From positions 955 through 64,954 of the forward strand of contig JADHWE010000001.1 in NCBI GenBank assembly GCA_016783675.1: 64,000 nt of DNA. Reading direction: 5' to 3'. This document shows, in pieces, positions 18,008 to 26,598 of the stretch (position 1 is the first letter of the stretch; each line of letters opens with the position of its first letter). Below the pieces are notes generated by a model. The model was not told where the DNA came from. It did no database searches and worked only from the letters and a program-made list of their open reading frames with translations. Made by a program: the position numbers and the translations under genes. This stretch comes from Kiritimatiellia bacterium. Lineage in GTDB: Bacteria; Verrucomicrobiota; Kiritimatiellia; UBA8416; JABMPJ01.

Positions 18008-19864
18008 ATGACCTTCATGAACATGGGCCTCGAGCCTGAGCTGGTGGTGGCTATATCGCGGCTGGGCTTTGAGACCCCCACCCCCGTCCAGGCGCAGGTG
18101 ATTCCGCGGCTGCTCGACAATAAGGGCGATGTGGTTGCCCTGGCCCAGACCGGCACGGGCAAGACCGCGGCCTTCGGCCTGCCGATTCTCACCATGCTCG
18201 ACCGCGAGAACCGGGCGCCCCAGGCGCTCGTACTCTGTCCCACCCGTGAGCTGTGCGTGCAGATCACACGTGACATGGAGGCCTATGCCGCCTGCTCGCC
18301 CGGTGTCAGCATCCTGGCGGTCTATGGCGGCACCCCCATCGAAGCGCAACTCCGGGCCCTGAAACGCGGCGTGCATGTGATTGTGGGCACCCCGGGCCGC
18401 ATGCTCGACATCATGCGTCGGCGCAGGGTCAACCTCGACGGTGTCGAACGGGTCATCCTGGACGAGGCCGACGAGATGCTTAACATGGGATTCCAGGAGG
18501 ATCTCGAGGCCATCCTGGCGGGAGTTCCCGACAGCGCCCACACACTCCTCTTCTCCGCAACCATGCCGCGCCAGGTGGCGTCGATGGCAAAGAAGTACAT
18601 GCACGAGGCCGAGGAGATCACGGTCGGCCAGCGCAATGCCGGCGCCGCGAACGTGCGACACGACTGCTACGTGGTTCACCAGCGTGACCGCTACCGTACC
18701 CTCAAGCGAATTGCCGACTACTATCCTGACATGTATGCGATCGTCTTCTGCCGCACGCGGCAGGACACCCAGGGCATCGCCGACTGGCTCATTCGCGACG
18801 GCTACAATGCCGATTCCCTGCATGGCGACCTGACCCAAGTGCAACGCGACCGCGTCATGGATAAGTTCCGCTCGCGCAATCTCCAGATCCTGGTGGCGAC
18901 CGATGTGGCCGCGCGCGGACTGGATGTGAATGACCTGACCCACGTGATCAATTTCAACCTGCCCGATGACCTCAACAGCTATACCCACCGCAGCGGACGG
19001 ACCGGCCGCGCCGGCAAAAGCGGCATCTCGGTGGTCATCGTCAACATGCGCGAGAAAGGCCGGGTGCAGCGCATCCAGCGCATGATCGGATCCAAGTTCG
19101 AATTCCGCAAAGTACCGAACGGACGCCAGGTGTGCGAGGCACAGCTCCTCAGCATGATCGAGCGGATGCGCGGCGTGGAGGTGGACCACGAGCAGATCGA
19201 CGTCTTCCTCCCGGCAATCAACCGAGCCCTCGAAGGGATGGAGCAAGACGAGATCGTCAAGCGCTTCGTCGCGCTGGAGTTCAATACGCTGCTCAAGTAT
19301 TACCGCGACACCGGCGACCTGGCCACCAGTACGCCTGCCCCGCGCTCCGGCAAGGCAGCCAAGCCCAGCCCGACACCCAGGCCCGCGCCTGCCCCCATGG
19401 CACCGCGCGAGCAAACGGCTACAGCGAAAGCCCCGGCTGCGCCCGAACCCGCCCCTGCCCCGGCCCCCCCCCGGCCGCGCGAGGTGCGCATGTTCATCAA
19501 CATCGGGCAACTGGACGGGATCAATCCCAAGAAGCTGAGCGATATGATCAACCGCGAATGCAATCGCGAGGTGCCGGTGCGCAAGATCGACATCATGCGG
19601 CGCTACTCCTTCTTCGAGATCGCCGGCGAAGATGCCGATCCGCTCACGATCATCCTCTGCAAGGCCCGTTTCGCCGGCCGCGACGTGCGCGTCGAGCCGG
19701 TTAACGACGAGCTGAAAAGCAAGCGTATCAAGCGCACCGAGCGACGGATCAAGGCCAAGGGCGGCAAGCCCGGCCCCCGCAAACCCCGCAAACTCGGCAA
19801 AGCCGGCAAACGCAAGCCGACCAAAGGCAAACCCAGCAGAGCCCAACGACGGGAACAGCGATAA
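18008..19864 (+). CDS. deaD: DEAD-box ATP-dependent RNA helicase (DeaD/CsdA-like) with a DbpA-type RNA-binding domain and a basic tail
   Basis: AQTGTGKT, DEADEML, SAT, HRSGRTGRAG. The C-terminus has RMFINIGQLDGINPKKLSDMI and a K/R-rich tail. The 624-aa minus ORF 18005..19879 is its antisense shadow. Confidence 0.9.
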   Translation: MTFMNMGLEPELVVAISRLGFETPTPVQAQVIPRLLDNKGDVVALAQTGTGKTAAFGLPILTMLDRENRAPQALVLCPTRELCVQITRDMEAYAACSPGVSILAVYGGTPIEAQLRALKRGVHVIVGTPGRMLDIMRRRRVNLDGVERVILDEADEMLNMGFQEDLEAILAGVPDSAHTLLFSATMPRQVASMAKKYMHEAEEITVGQRNAGAANVRHDCYVVHQRDRYRTLKRIADYYPDMYAIVFCRTRQDTQGIADWLIRDGYNADSLHGDLTQVQRDRVMDKFRSRNLQILVATDVAARGLDVNDLTHVINFNLPDDLNSYTHRSGRTGRAGKSGISVVIVNMREKGRVQRIQRMIGSKFEFRKVPNGRQVCEAQLLSMIERMRGVEVDHEQIDVFLPAINRALEGMEQDEIVKRFVALEFNTLLKYYRDTGDLATSTPAPRSGKAAKPSPTPRPAPAPMAPREQTATAKAPAAPEPAPAPAPPRPREVRMFINIGQLDGINPKKLSDMINRECNREVPVRKIDIMRRYSFFEIAGEDADPLTIILCKARFAGRDVRVEPVNDELKSKRIKRTERRIKAKGGKPGPRKPRKLGKAGKRKPTKGKPSRAQRREQR

Positions 19865-19885
19865 TAGGTATTGCAACACCCTATT
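19863..19885. promoter_or_regulatory. Palindrome AATAGG-N11-CCTATT upstream of the Rrf2 gene
   Basis: Perfect 6-bp arms 40 nt upstream of the Rrf2 ATG. Same architecture as the site at 20362. Confidence 0.4.
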
Positions 19886-19924
19886 TCCCTTGCATGTGAG
19901 CCGGACACATGATAAGTCGTTCCC

Positions 19925-20326
19925 ATGTTAACGATGCCAAAGCAGCTTGAGTATTCGCTGATGGTGCTGGGAGAGATGCATGCGGGGGCGCCGGGAGAGC
20001 TTTTTGCGGCCCGGGCGCTTTGCGACAAGCTGGATATCCCCTTCGACGTGGTATCCAAGGCCCTCCAGCGCATGAAACACGCCGACATCGTCCGCTCCGT
20101 TCAGGGCAAGTATGGTGGATACCAGGTCATCCGGGACCTTGGACGGCTGCAGCTAAGTGAATTGGCGGAGGTCGTGGTGGGGCCTAACGCGATTGCCGCC
20201 TGCCTGGTTCCCGGTCAGAGCTGTGATCGGTCTCCTTCGTGCACGATCCGCCGTGCCGTCCGTCGGCTGGACCAGCGTTTCCAGCAACTTCTGGCGGATA
20301 CGACCGTCCTCGACCTGATCGGCTAG
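19925..20326 (+). CDS. Rrf2-family transcriptional regulator (IscR/SufR-like role inferred)
   Basis: 133 aa. wHTH N-terminus (LEYSLMVLGEM...). Three Cys in ACLVPGQSCDRSPSC, consistent with cluster ligation. Directly upstream of the suf operon. Confidence 0.8.
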   Translation: MLTMPKQLEYSLMVLGEMHAGAPGELFAARALCDKLDIPFDVVSKALQRMKHADIVRSVQGKYGGYQVIRDLGRLQLSELAEVVVGPNAIAACLVPGQSCDRSPSCTIRRAVRRLDQRFQQLLADTTVLDLIG

Positions 20327-20361
20327 ATCTCCTTTCCTCCCGCCTTTTCCCGCCCTGTTTT

Positions 20362-20386
20362 AAATAAGTGTTATTTTACCTTATTT
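20362..20386. promoter_or_regulatory. Palindrome AAATAAG-N11-CTTATTT upstream of sufB
   Basis: Perfect 7-bp arms in an AT-rich patch of the Rrf2-sufB spacer. Consensus with site 19863 is AATARG-N11-CYTATT. Confidence 0.4.
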
Positions 20387-20467
20387 CATGCTTGCGTCCG
20401 GCTCCGCCCCTCCTCTACACTGGTCTCAAGGAGAAGAGGACCCACTACCAAGTGAGACGTTTCAGCT

Positions 20468-21901
20468 ATGGATGCAATTGCTGACAGACCCAAAGAGTAC
20501 AAGTACGGCTTCGTGACCGACGTGGAAACAGAGAAGTTTCCCAAGGGGCTCAACGAGGAAACCGTGCGCGCCATTTCGGCACGCAAGAACGAGCCGGACT
20601 TCTTGCTCGAGTTCCGGCTGAATGCCTTCCGCTGGTGGCAGGAGCAGGAGCCACCCCGCTGGGCACACGTGGAATTTCCGCCAATCGATTTCCAGGACAT
20701 CCATTACTATGCCGCTCCAAAGTCCATGGAAGATGCACCGCAGAGTCTTGACGATGTCGATCCCGAGCTGCTGCGCACGTTTGACCGGCTGGGCGTGCCG
20801 CTGCACGAACGGGAGCGCCTGGCAGGCGTGGCGGTTGATGCCGTGTTCGACAGTGTATCGGTAGGCACGACACACCAGGACATACTCGCCGAGATGGGCG
20901 TCATATTCTGTTCGTTCTCCGAGGCCGCACAAAAGCATCCGGAGCTGGTGAAGAAGTACCTGGGCACCGTGGTGCCCCCCCGCGACAACTTCTACGCCGC
21001 ATTGAATTCGGCCGTCTTCTCGGACGGTTCTTTCGTGTTCGTTCCAAAGGGGGTTCAGTGCCCCATCGATCTTTCCACCTATTTCAGAATAAACGCATCC
21101 AATACAGGGCAGTTCGAACGCACGCTGATTGTCGCGGAAGAAGGCGCCAGCGTCTCATACGTGGAGGGGTGTACGGCCCCAATGCGTGACGAAAACCAGC
21201 TCCACGCGGCGATCGTGGAGCTGGTTGCGCTCGACGATGCGTCGATCAAGTACTCCACGGTGCAGAACTGGTATGGCGGCGACGAGGAAGGGCGGGGGGG
21301 AATATATAACTTTGTGGTCAAGCGCGGGCGTTGTGAGGGGGCGCGGTCGAAGATCTCCTGGACCCAGGTGGAAGCCGGGTCGGCCATCACCTGGAAGTAT
21401 CCCAGCGTGATCCTCAAGGGCGATGACTCTGTCGGCGAGTTCTACTCCGTCGCGCTGACGAATAACAAGATGCAGGCCGATACCGGCACCAAGATGATCC
21501 ATATCGGCAAGAACACGAGCAGCACGATCATTTCGAAGGGCATTTCGTGTGACCAGTCGAAGAACAGCTACCGCGGCCTCGTCAAGGTGACTCCGGGCGC
21601 CTCGGGCGCGCGGAACTACTCCCAGTGCGACTCGATGCTGGTGGGCGACGGATGCGAGGCCAACACATTCCCCTACCTGGAAATCCACAACAAGGATGCG
21701 GTGATCGAGCATGAGGCCACGACCTCACGCATCAGCGATGAGCAGCTCTTCTACCTGCAATCACGCGGGCTCGATAGCGAAGCCGCCATCTCGCTTTTGG
21801 TTAACGGATTCTGCAAAGAAGTGTTCAAGACGCTGCCCCTCGAGTTTTCGGTGGAGGCGGTGAAGTTGCTGGAAATGAAGTTGGAAGACAGTGTTGGGTA
21901 G
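20468..21901 (+). CDS. sufB: Fe-S cluster assembly scaffold SufB
   Basis: 477 aa. [12 protein letters not shown]...RLNAFRWW... full-length SufB. Confidence 0.95.
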   Translation: MDAIADRPKEYKYGFVTDVETEKFPKGLNEETVRAISARKNEPDFLLEFRLNAFRWWQEQEPPRWAHVEFPPIDFQDIHYYAAPKSMEDAPQSLDDVDPELLRTFDRLGVPLHERERLAGVAVDAVFDSVSVGTTHQDILAEMGVIFCSFSEAAQKHPELVKKYLGTVVPPRDNFYAALNSAVFSDGSFVFVPKGVQCPIDLSTYFRINASNTGQFERTLIVAEEGASVSYVEGCTAPMRDENQLHAAIVELVALDDASIKYSTVQNWYGGDEEGRGGIYNFVVKRGRCEGARSKISWTQVEAGSAITWKYPSVILKGDDSVGEFYSVALTNNKMQADTGTKMIHIGKNTSSTIISKGISCDQSKNSYRGLVKVTPGASGARNYSQCDSMLVGDGCEANTFPYLEIHNKDAVIEHEATTSRISDEQLFYLQSRGLDSEAAISLLVNGFCKEVFKTLPLEFSVEAVKLLEMKLEDSVG

Positions 21902-21908
21902 ACATCCC

Positions 21909-21976
21909 GGCTCGCCGGGACGGCTCGCCCTACCTCGTCGAGGGTCAGGTAGGGCGAGCTCTCCGAGCGAGCCGCA
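21909..21976. repeat. REP-like element, double-arm (inverted pair) copy
   Basis: Left arm GGCTCGCCGGGACGGCTCGCCCTACC (21909-21934), 13-nt spacer, right arm GGTAGGGCGAGCTCTCCGAGCGAGCCGCA (21948-21976). Lies between sufB and sufC. Confidence 0.75.
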
Positions 21977-22011
21977 GGACAATGAGAGACTCAGGAACGG
22001 AGAAAAGAACC

Positions 22012-22773
22012 ATGTTGAAGATACGAGATTTGAAAGCGCGGGTGGTTGACGGACCCGAGATTCTGAAGGGAATCGACCTGGATGTGAACGCGGGAGAGAT
22101 CCATGCCGTAATGGGCCCCAACGGATCGGGCAAGAGCACGCTCTCGCGTGTCCTGGCCGGTCATCCCGATTACGAGGTGACGGGTGGCACGGTCGCGTTT
22201 GACGTCAATCGTGAGCCGCAGGATCTGCTCGCCATGGAACCCCATGAGCGGGCGTGTGCCGGCGTCTTCCTGGCGTTTCAGTACCCGGTCGAGGTAGCAG
22301 GCGTGAGCAACACGGTCTTTCTCAGGTCCGCTTTCAACGCGATATGCAAGGCACAGGGCGTGCCTCCGATTGACGCGTTCGACTTTCGCGACCTGCTGGC
22401 CGAAAAGCTTGAGCTGATCGGGATGGATGAGTCGTATCTCGAACGTCCAGTGAACCTGGACTTCTCAGGCGGCGAGAAGAAGCGCAACGAGATTCTCCAG
22501 ATGGCCGTACTGGCCCCGCGTCTGGCCATTCTGGATGAGACCGATTCGGGCCTGGATGTCGACTCGCTCCGCATCGTGTCCGAGGGCGTTAAACGGCTGA
22601 GCACGCCGCACAACGCGACGCTGATGATCACGCACTACCAGCGCATGCTGCAGTACATCACGCCGGATATCGTGCATGTGTTGATGGATGGCCGCATTGT
22701 GAAGACGGGGGATCACACCTTGGCCGAGGCCGTTGAGACACGGGGCTATGACTGGGTGAAGGAAGCGGCATGA
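22012..22773 (+). CDS. sufC: Fe-S cluster assembly ATPase SufC
   Basis: MLKIRDLKARV...GPNGSGKSTLSRVLAGHPDYEVTGG. Start moved to ATG 22012. Confidence 0.95.
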   Translation: MLKIRDLKARVVDGPEILKGIDLDVNAGEIHAVMGPNGSGKSTLSRVLAGHPDYEVTGGTVAFDVNREPQDLLAMEPHERACAGVFLAFQYPVEVAGVSNTVFLRSAFNAICKAQGVPPIDAFDFRDLLAEKLELIGMDESYLERPVNLDFSGGEKKRNEILQMAVLAPRLAILDETDSGLDVDSLRIVSEGVKRLSTPHNATLMITHYQRMLQYITPDIVHVLMDGRIVKTGDHTLAEAVETRGYDWVKEAA

Positions 22774-24080
22774 AGAGACCACGCGCCATAACACCGGCCG
22801 CACATTACGGCGAGCAGTTCCATGCGCTACTGGCGCGGAACAACGGTGGTGAACCGCCCGCCCTTCAGGCACAGCGGCAGGCGGCCTATGACCGCTTCAT
22901 GGCACAGGGCATACCTACCCGTCGTGTCGAAGCGTGGAAATACACGGACATCACCCGGCTGGCCGAGGAGGTCTTTCTGCCTATCGATCCCACAGGCGTT
23001 GCACCGCAGGCCACGGCCCATCTCCCCCTCTGCCACGAGGGGGACGAGCGACTGGTCTTCGTGGAGGGGATACTTCAGCCCGGGCTAACGCATCGTCCGG
23101 ACGGTTCAGCGCTGCAAGTCTCGCCGCTCAGCTCCGCCTCTGAATCGATAGCCGAGGACAGTGGCGAGCCCAGCGACAACCCGTTTGTTGCCCTCAACAG
23201 CGCGTGCTGGCGGGACGGATCGATCCTGGAGGTGCCGCCCGATCAGAAGCTGGGTCACCGCGTTCACGTGCTATTCCTGCACGCCGCGCATTCAGAACCG
23301 AGCGTGATACACCCCCGGCTGCGTCTTCGCCTGGGCCGGCACGCGGAAACACAGGTTGTCGTGACATATGCCTCACTCGGAGACGGGCCTTGTCTCAACA
23401 ACGTTTGCCTGGAGGTCGAACTGGACGAGGGTGCCCAGCTGGCCCTGGCGCAGGCGCAGATCCTTAACGTGGCATCAACCCACCTCGGTTTCACCCGTGT
23501 CAGCCAGCGGCGCGACAGCAGTCTGAGCAGCATGGATTTCCATGCCGGCAGCGCACTTGCCCGCCACGAGCTCACCGTCGCGCTGAACGGCGAGGGCGCG
23601 ACGGCGACGCTGAACGGTCTGTACGCCGTCAAGCACCGCCAGCACGTTGACTGCCACACCTGCATCGAGCACCAGCAACCCAACTGCTCCAGCCGACAGC
23701 TCTACAAGGGGATTCTTGGCGACCGTGCCTCGGCCGTGTTTGACGGACTAGTTCGCGTGCATCCCGGCGCATCGGGTACGGATGGCGAGCAGATGAATCG
23801 CAACCTGCTTCTGAGCGGCGACTGCCAGGCCAACGCCAAGCCGCGCCTGGAGATCGCCAACGATGACGTGAGGTGCACGCATGGCGCCACAGTGGGCCAA
23901 CTGGCTGACCAGGAGCTCTTCTACCTGGAGAGCCGGGGTATCGATCCTGCCGCGGCGCGGGACATGCTCTCGCGCGGGTTCGCGGAGGAAGTACTCTACC
24001 GTTTGAAAGACAGGGCGCTGCATGGAGACCTGCATGCCGTCCTGGACAGGTTCTTCGAGGAAGATGATGAGCAAGGCTGA
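22770..24080 (+). CDS. sufD: Fe-S cluster assembly protein SufD
   Basis: 436 aa. C-terminal beta-helix region homologous to SufB (HGATVGQLADQELFYLESRGI). Overlaps the sufC stop. Confidence 0.9.
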   Translation: MKRPRAITPAAHYGEQFHALLARNNGGEPPALQAQRQAAYDRFMAQGIPTRRVEAWKYTDITRLAEEVFLPIDPTGVAPQATAHLPLCHEGDERLVFVEGILQPGLTHRPDGSALQVSPLSSASESIAEDSGEPSDNPFVALNSACWRDGSILEVPPDQKLGHRVHVLFLHAAHSEPSVIHPRLRLRLGRHAETQVVVTYASLGDGPCLNNVCLEVELDEGAQLALAQAQILNVASTHLGFTRVSQRRDSSLSSMDFHAGSALARHELTVALNGEGATATLNGLYAVKHRQHVDCHTCIEHQQPNCSSRQLYKGILGDRASAVFDGLVRVHPGASGTDGEQMNRNLLLSGDCQANAKPRLEIANDDVRCTHGATVGQLADQELFYLESRGIDPAAARDMLSRGFAEEVLYRLKDRALHGDLHAVLDRFFEEDDEQG

Positions 24081-25296
24081 CACAACACTGCTCGACGTGC
24101 GTGCCCAGTTTCCATGCTTGGATCAGAAGGTCCACGGCAAGCGACTGGCCTACCTCGACAGTGCCGCCACGGCGCTGAAGCCGGTCTACGTGATCGATGC
24201 GGTGGCGCATCACTACACGAACGAATCGGCCAACATTCATCGCGGGGTGCACCATCTGAGCGAGAAAGCCACGGCAGCATTCGAGGCCGCCCGCGAGACG
24301 GTTCGGGCGCACCTGAATGCGGCCCATGCACATGAGGTCATCTTCACGAGCGGAACCACCGACAGCATCAACCTGGTGGCGCAGTCGTTCGGACAGCTCG
24401 AGATCGGAAAAGGCGACGAGATCCTGGTCACGGAGATGGAGCACCACTCCAACATCGTCCCGTGGCAACTGCTGCGCGAGCGAACCGGGGCCGTTCTGCG
24501 CGTTGCCCCGATCACGGACAACGGGGACGTTGATCGCGAAGCGTTTCGTGCGGCCTTGAACGAACGAACCAAGCTCGTGGCCTTCACGGCGGTTTCCAAC
24601 GCGCTGGGCACGGTCAACCCGGTGGCGGAACTGACGCGGGAAGCCCATGCCGCAGGCGCCAGCGTCCTCGTGGACGCGGCCCAGGCCGTACCGGTTCAGC
24701 CGATCGATGTGCAGGCACTCGACTGCGATTTCCTGGCCTTCTCCGGACACAAGGTCTTCGGCCCCACCGGTATCGGTGTGCTCTATGGCAAGGAGGGGTT
24801 GCTCGAGGCGATGCCGCCGGTCAAGGGCGGCGGGGACATGATTCTCTCGGTGACATTCGAGAAGACCACCTACAACGCCCTTCCCCACAAGTTCGAGGCT
24901 GGAACGGCCCACATTGCCGGGGCGATCGGACTGGGGCGCGCACTGGAATTCGTACGCGGGCTGGGATACGGGGCGATTGAGGCCCACGAAGCCACGCTCC
25001 TGGCCGACGCTCTCAACGCCCTGCAGTCCATTGATGGACTGAAGCTGGTCGGCACACCGGCGAACCGCAAGGGCATCATCTCGTTCCTGATCGACGGTAT
25101 CCACCCCCATGACCTGGGCACGATCCTTGACCAGGAGGGCGTGGCCGTCCGCGCCGGACACCACTGTGCCCAGCCGGTCATGCAACACTATGGTGTGGCG
25201 GCAACGGCACGGGCATCGTTCTCGATCTATAACAACCACGACGACATTGACCAGTTGGTCGCTGCCATTCGCAAGGCACAGGAGATCTTCAGATGA
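24064..25296 (+). CDS. sufS: Cysteine desulfurase SufS (class V aminotransferase, group II)
   Basis: YLDSAATALKP...IHRGVHHLS...FSGHKVFGPTGIG...RAGHHCAQP. Start moved to ATG 24064. Confidence 0.95.
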   Translation: MMSKADTTLLDVRAQFPCLDQKVHGKRLAYLDSAATALKPVYVIDAVAHHYTNESANIHRGVHHLSEKATAAFEAARETVRAHLNAAHAHEVIFTSGTTDSINLVAQSFGQLEIGKGDEILVTEMEHHSNIVPWQLLRERTGAVLRVAPITDNGDVDREAFRAALNERTKLVAFTAVSNALGTVNPVAELTREAHAAGASVLVDAAQAVPVQPIDVQALDCDFLAFSGHKVFGPTGIGVLYGKEGLLEAMPPVKGGGDMILSVTFEKTTYNALPHKFEAGTAHIAGAIGLGRALEFVRGLGYGAIEAHEATLLADALNALQSIDGLKLVGTPANRKGIISFLIDGIHPHDLGTILDQEGVAVRAGHHCAQPVMQHYGVAATARASFSIYNNHDDIDQLVAAIRKAQEIFR

Positions 25297-25742
25297 GCGC
25301 GTCCGACGACCTATACCAGGAAGTCATCCTGGACCACAGCCGCAACCCTCGCCGGTACGGGTGTCCGCTGGACCACACCCATTGTGCGGAGGGAAAGAAC
25401 CCGCTCTGCGGCGACGAGTACCAGGTGTACCTGACACTGGACGAAGAGGGCGTCGTGCGCGATGCCTCGTTTGAAGGTGCGGGCTGCGCCATATCCAAGG
25501 CGTCGACCTCGCTGATGTTGGAACAGTTGATAGGAAAGCACCACGAGGAGGTGCACGCCCTATTCGAGACCTTCCATGACATGGTCACCAACCCCAACGG
25601 CAACCACGACGCCAAGGAGCTGGGCAAGCTGGCCGCCTTCTCAGGTATCTGGAAGTTCCCGTCACGCGTGAAATGCGCCATCCTCTGTTGGCACGCGGTG
25701 CGCAACGCGCTCGACGGCAAGACAACCGCTTCGACGGAGTGA
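25293..25742 (+). CDS. sufU: SufU/IscU-like sulfur-transfer/scaffold protein
   Basis: LYQEVILDHSRNPRRYG...NPLCGDEY...EGAGCAISKASTSLM...RVKCAILCWHA. Confidence 0.9.
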   Translation: MSASDDLYQEVILDHSRNPRRYGCPLDHTHCAEGKNPLCGDEYQVYLTLDEEGVVRDASFEGAGCAISKASTSLMLEQLIGKHHEEVHALFETFHDMVTNPNGNHDAKELGKLAAFSGIWKFPSRVKCAILCWHAVRNALDGKTTASTE

Positions 25743-26362
25743 TGGACATGGCTCGTGCACCCAGTATGCCTATCCAGGTTGACGTGTTTGTTCAGGACAC
25801 GCCGAGTCCTCGCGCCCACAAGTTCATCATCGACCGCCGCATCCAGAACGGCGCGGATGTGGGCTACAACAGCGAGACTGGCGGCGAGGGGGCCGGCCCG
25901 ATGGTGGAAGCCATCCTGGACACGCCACATGTCACCCATGCCTATCTCTCGGGCAACATCATTACCGTGACGCACGATCACGAGGCCGATTGGCCGGCCG
26001 TCGAGAAAGGCGTGCGCCACGCCATCCGTGATTTCATCGCCCTGCACGACCCAGACCATCAACCCGACCGCTCCAAGCCCGAGGTATCCGGCGACGCCAT
26101 CGGGGATGACCAGGACCTGGCCGATATTGCCAGGCTCCTCGACCGGTCGGTGCGTCCCTACATCAACTCGCACGGCGGCGAGATCTATCTCCTGGGGTAC
26201 GACGAGAACAGTCACCGCCTCGACATCGACCTGCAGGGAACCTGCGGCGACTGCGCAGGGTCTTCAGGCATCACGCTCCAGGCCATTGAGGGTTTTCTGC
26301 GCAAGCACTACGACCCCAAGATCGAGGTGGTTGTGGCCACGCAGTCCTCATGGAATTGGTAA
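25742..26362 (+). CDS. Nfu-type Fe-S carrier (Nfu_N-like domain plus NifU C-terminal CxxC domain)
   Basis: The C-terminal half has IARLLDRSVRPYINSHGGEIYLLGY...LQGTCGDCAGSSGITL. TGATG overlap with sufU. Confidence 0.8.
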   Translation: MDMARAPSMPIQVDVFVQDTPSPRAHKFIIDRRIQNGADVGYNSETGGEGAGPMVEAILDTPHVTHAYLSGNIITVTHDHEADWPAVEKGVRHAIRDFIALHDPDHQPDRSKPEVSGDAIGDDQDLADIARLLDRSVRPYINSHGGEIYLLGYDENSHRLDIDLQGTCGDCAGSSGITLQAIEGFLRKHYDPKIEVVVATQSSWNW

Positions 26363-26420
26363 CACCCAGGTTCCAATGGGGCCCCGTGAGCGATGCTCAG
26401 GCTTTTCGGGGAACTGAATA

Positions 26421-26544
26421 TCCAATATCCGACACTCAAATCCAATATCCAAGGAAGGGAGAGGGAAGAGAATGAGATGTCCACGGTCGCTCCATTCGCA
26501 TGCCTCTCCCATTTGGGAGTTGGAAATTCCTTGTTGGATATTGG
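26421..26544. promoter_or_regulatory. Repeated decamer TCCAATATCC (two direct copies with 20-bp period) plus an inverted partner TTGGATATTGG
   Basis: TCCAATATCC at 26421-26430 and 26441-26450. TTGGATATTGG at 26534-26544 is the reverse complement of CCAATATCCAA. All lie in the 236-bp spacer upstream of the histidine kinase. Confidence 0.4.
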
Positions 26545-26598
26545 GTGTTGGCCTAAACCCCCATTTATCCTTGTCCTGAGTTCATCTTCCACCGCATC

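Noticed and set aside
18005-19879. 624-aa ORF on the minus strand, almost exactly coextensive with deaD
   Set aside because: The translation is low-complexity Ala/Gly/Arg/His-rich with no recognisable motifs. The + strand encodes a complete DEAD-box helicase with all motifs. This is a typical antisense shadow ORF of a GC-rich genome.
23629-25239. 536-aa minus-strand ORF across sufD/sufS
   Set aside because: It is antisense to two unambiguous suf genes. Its composition is Arg/Gly/Pro-rich, with no domain signatures.
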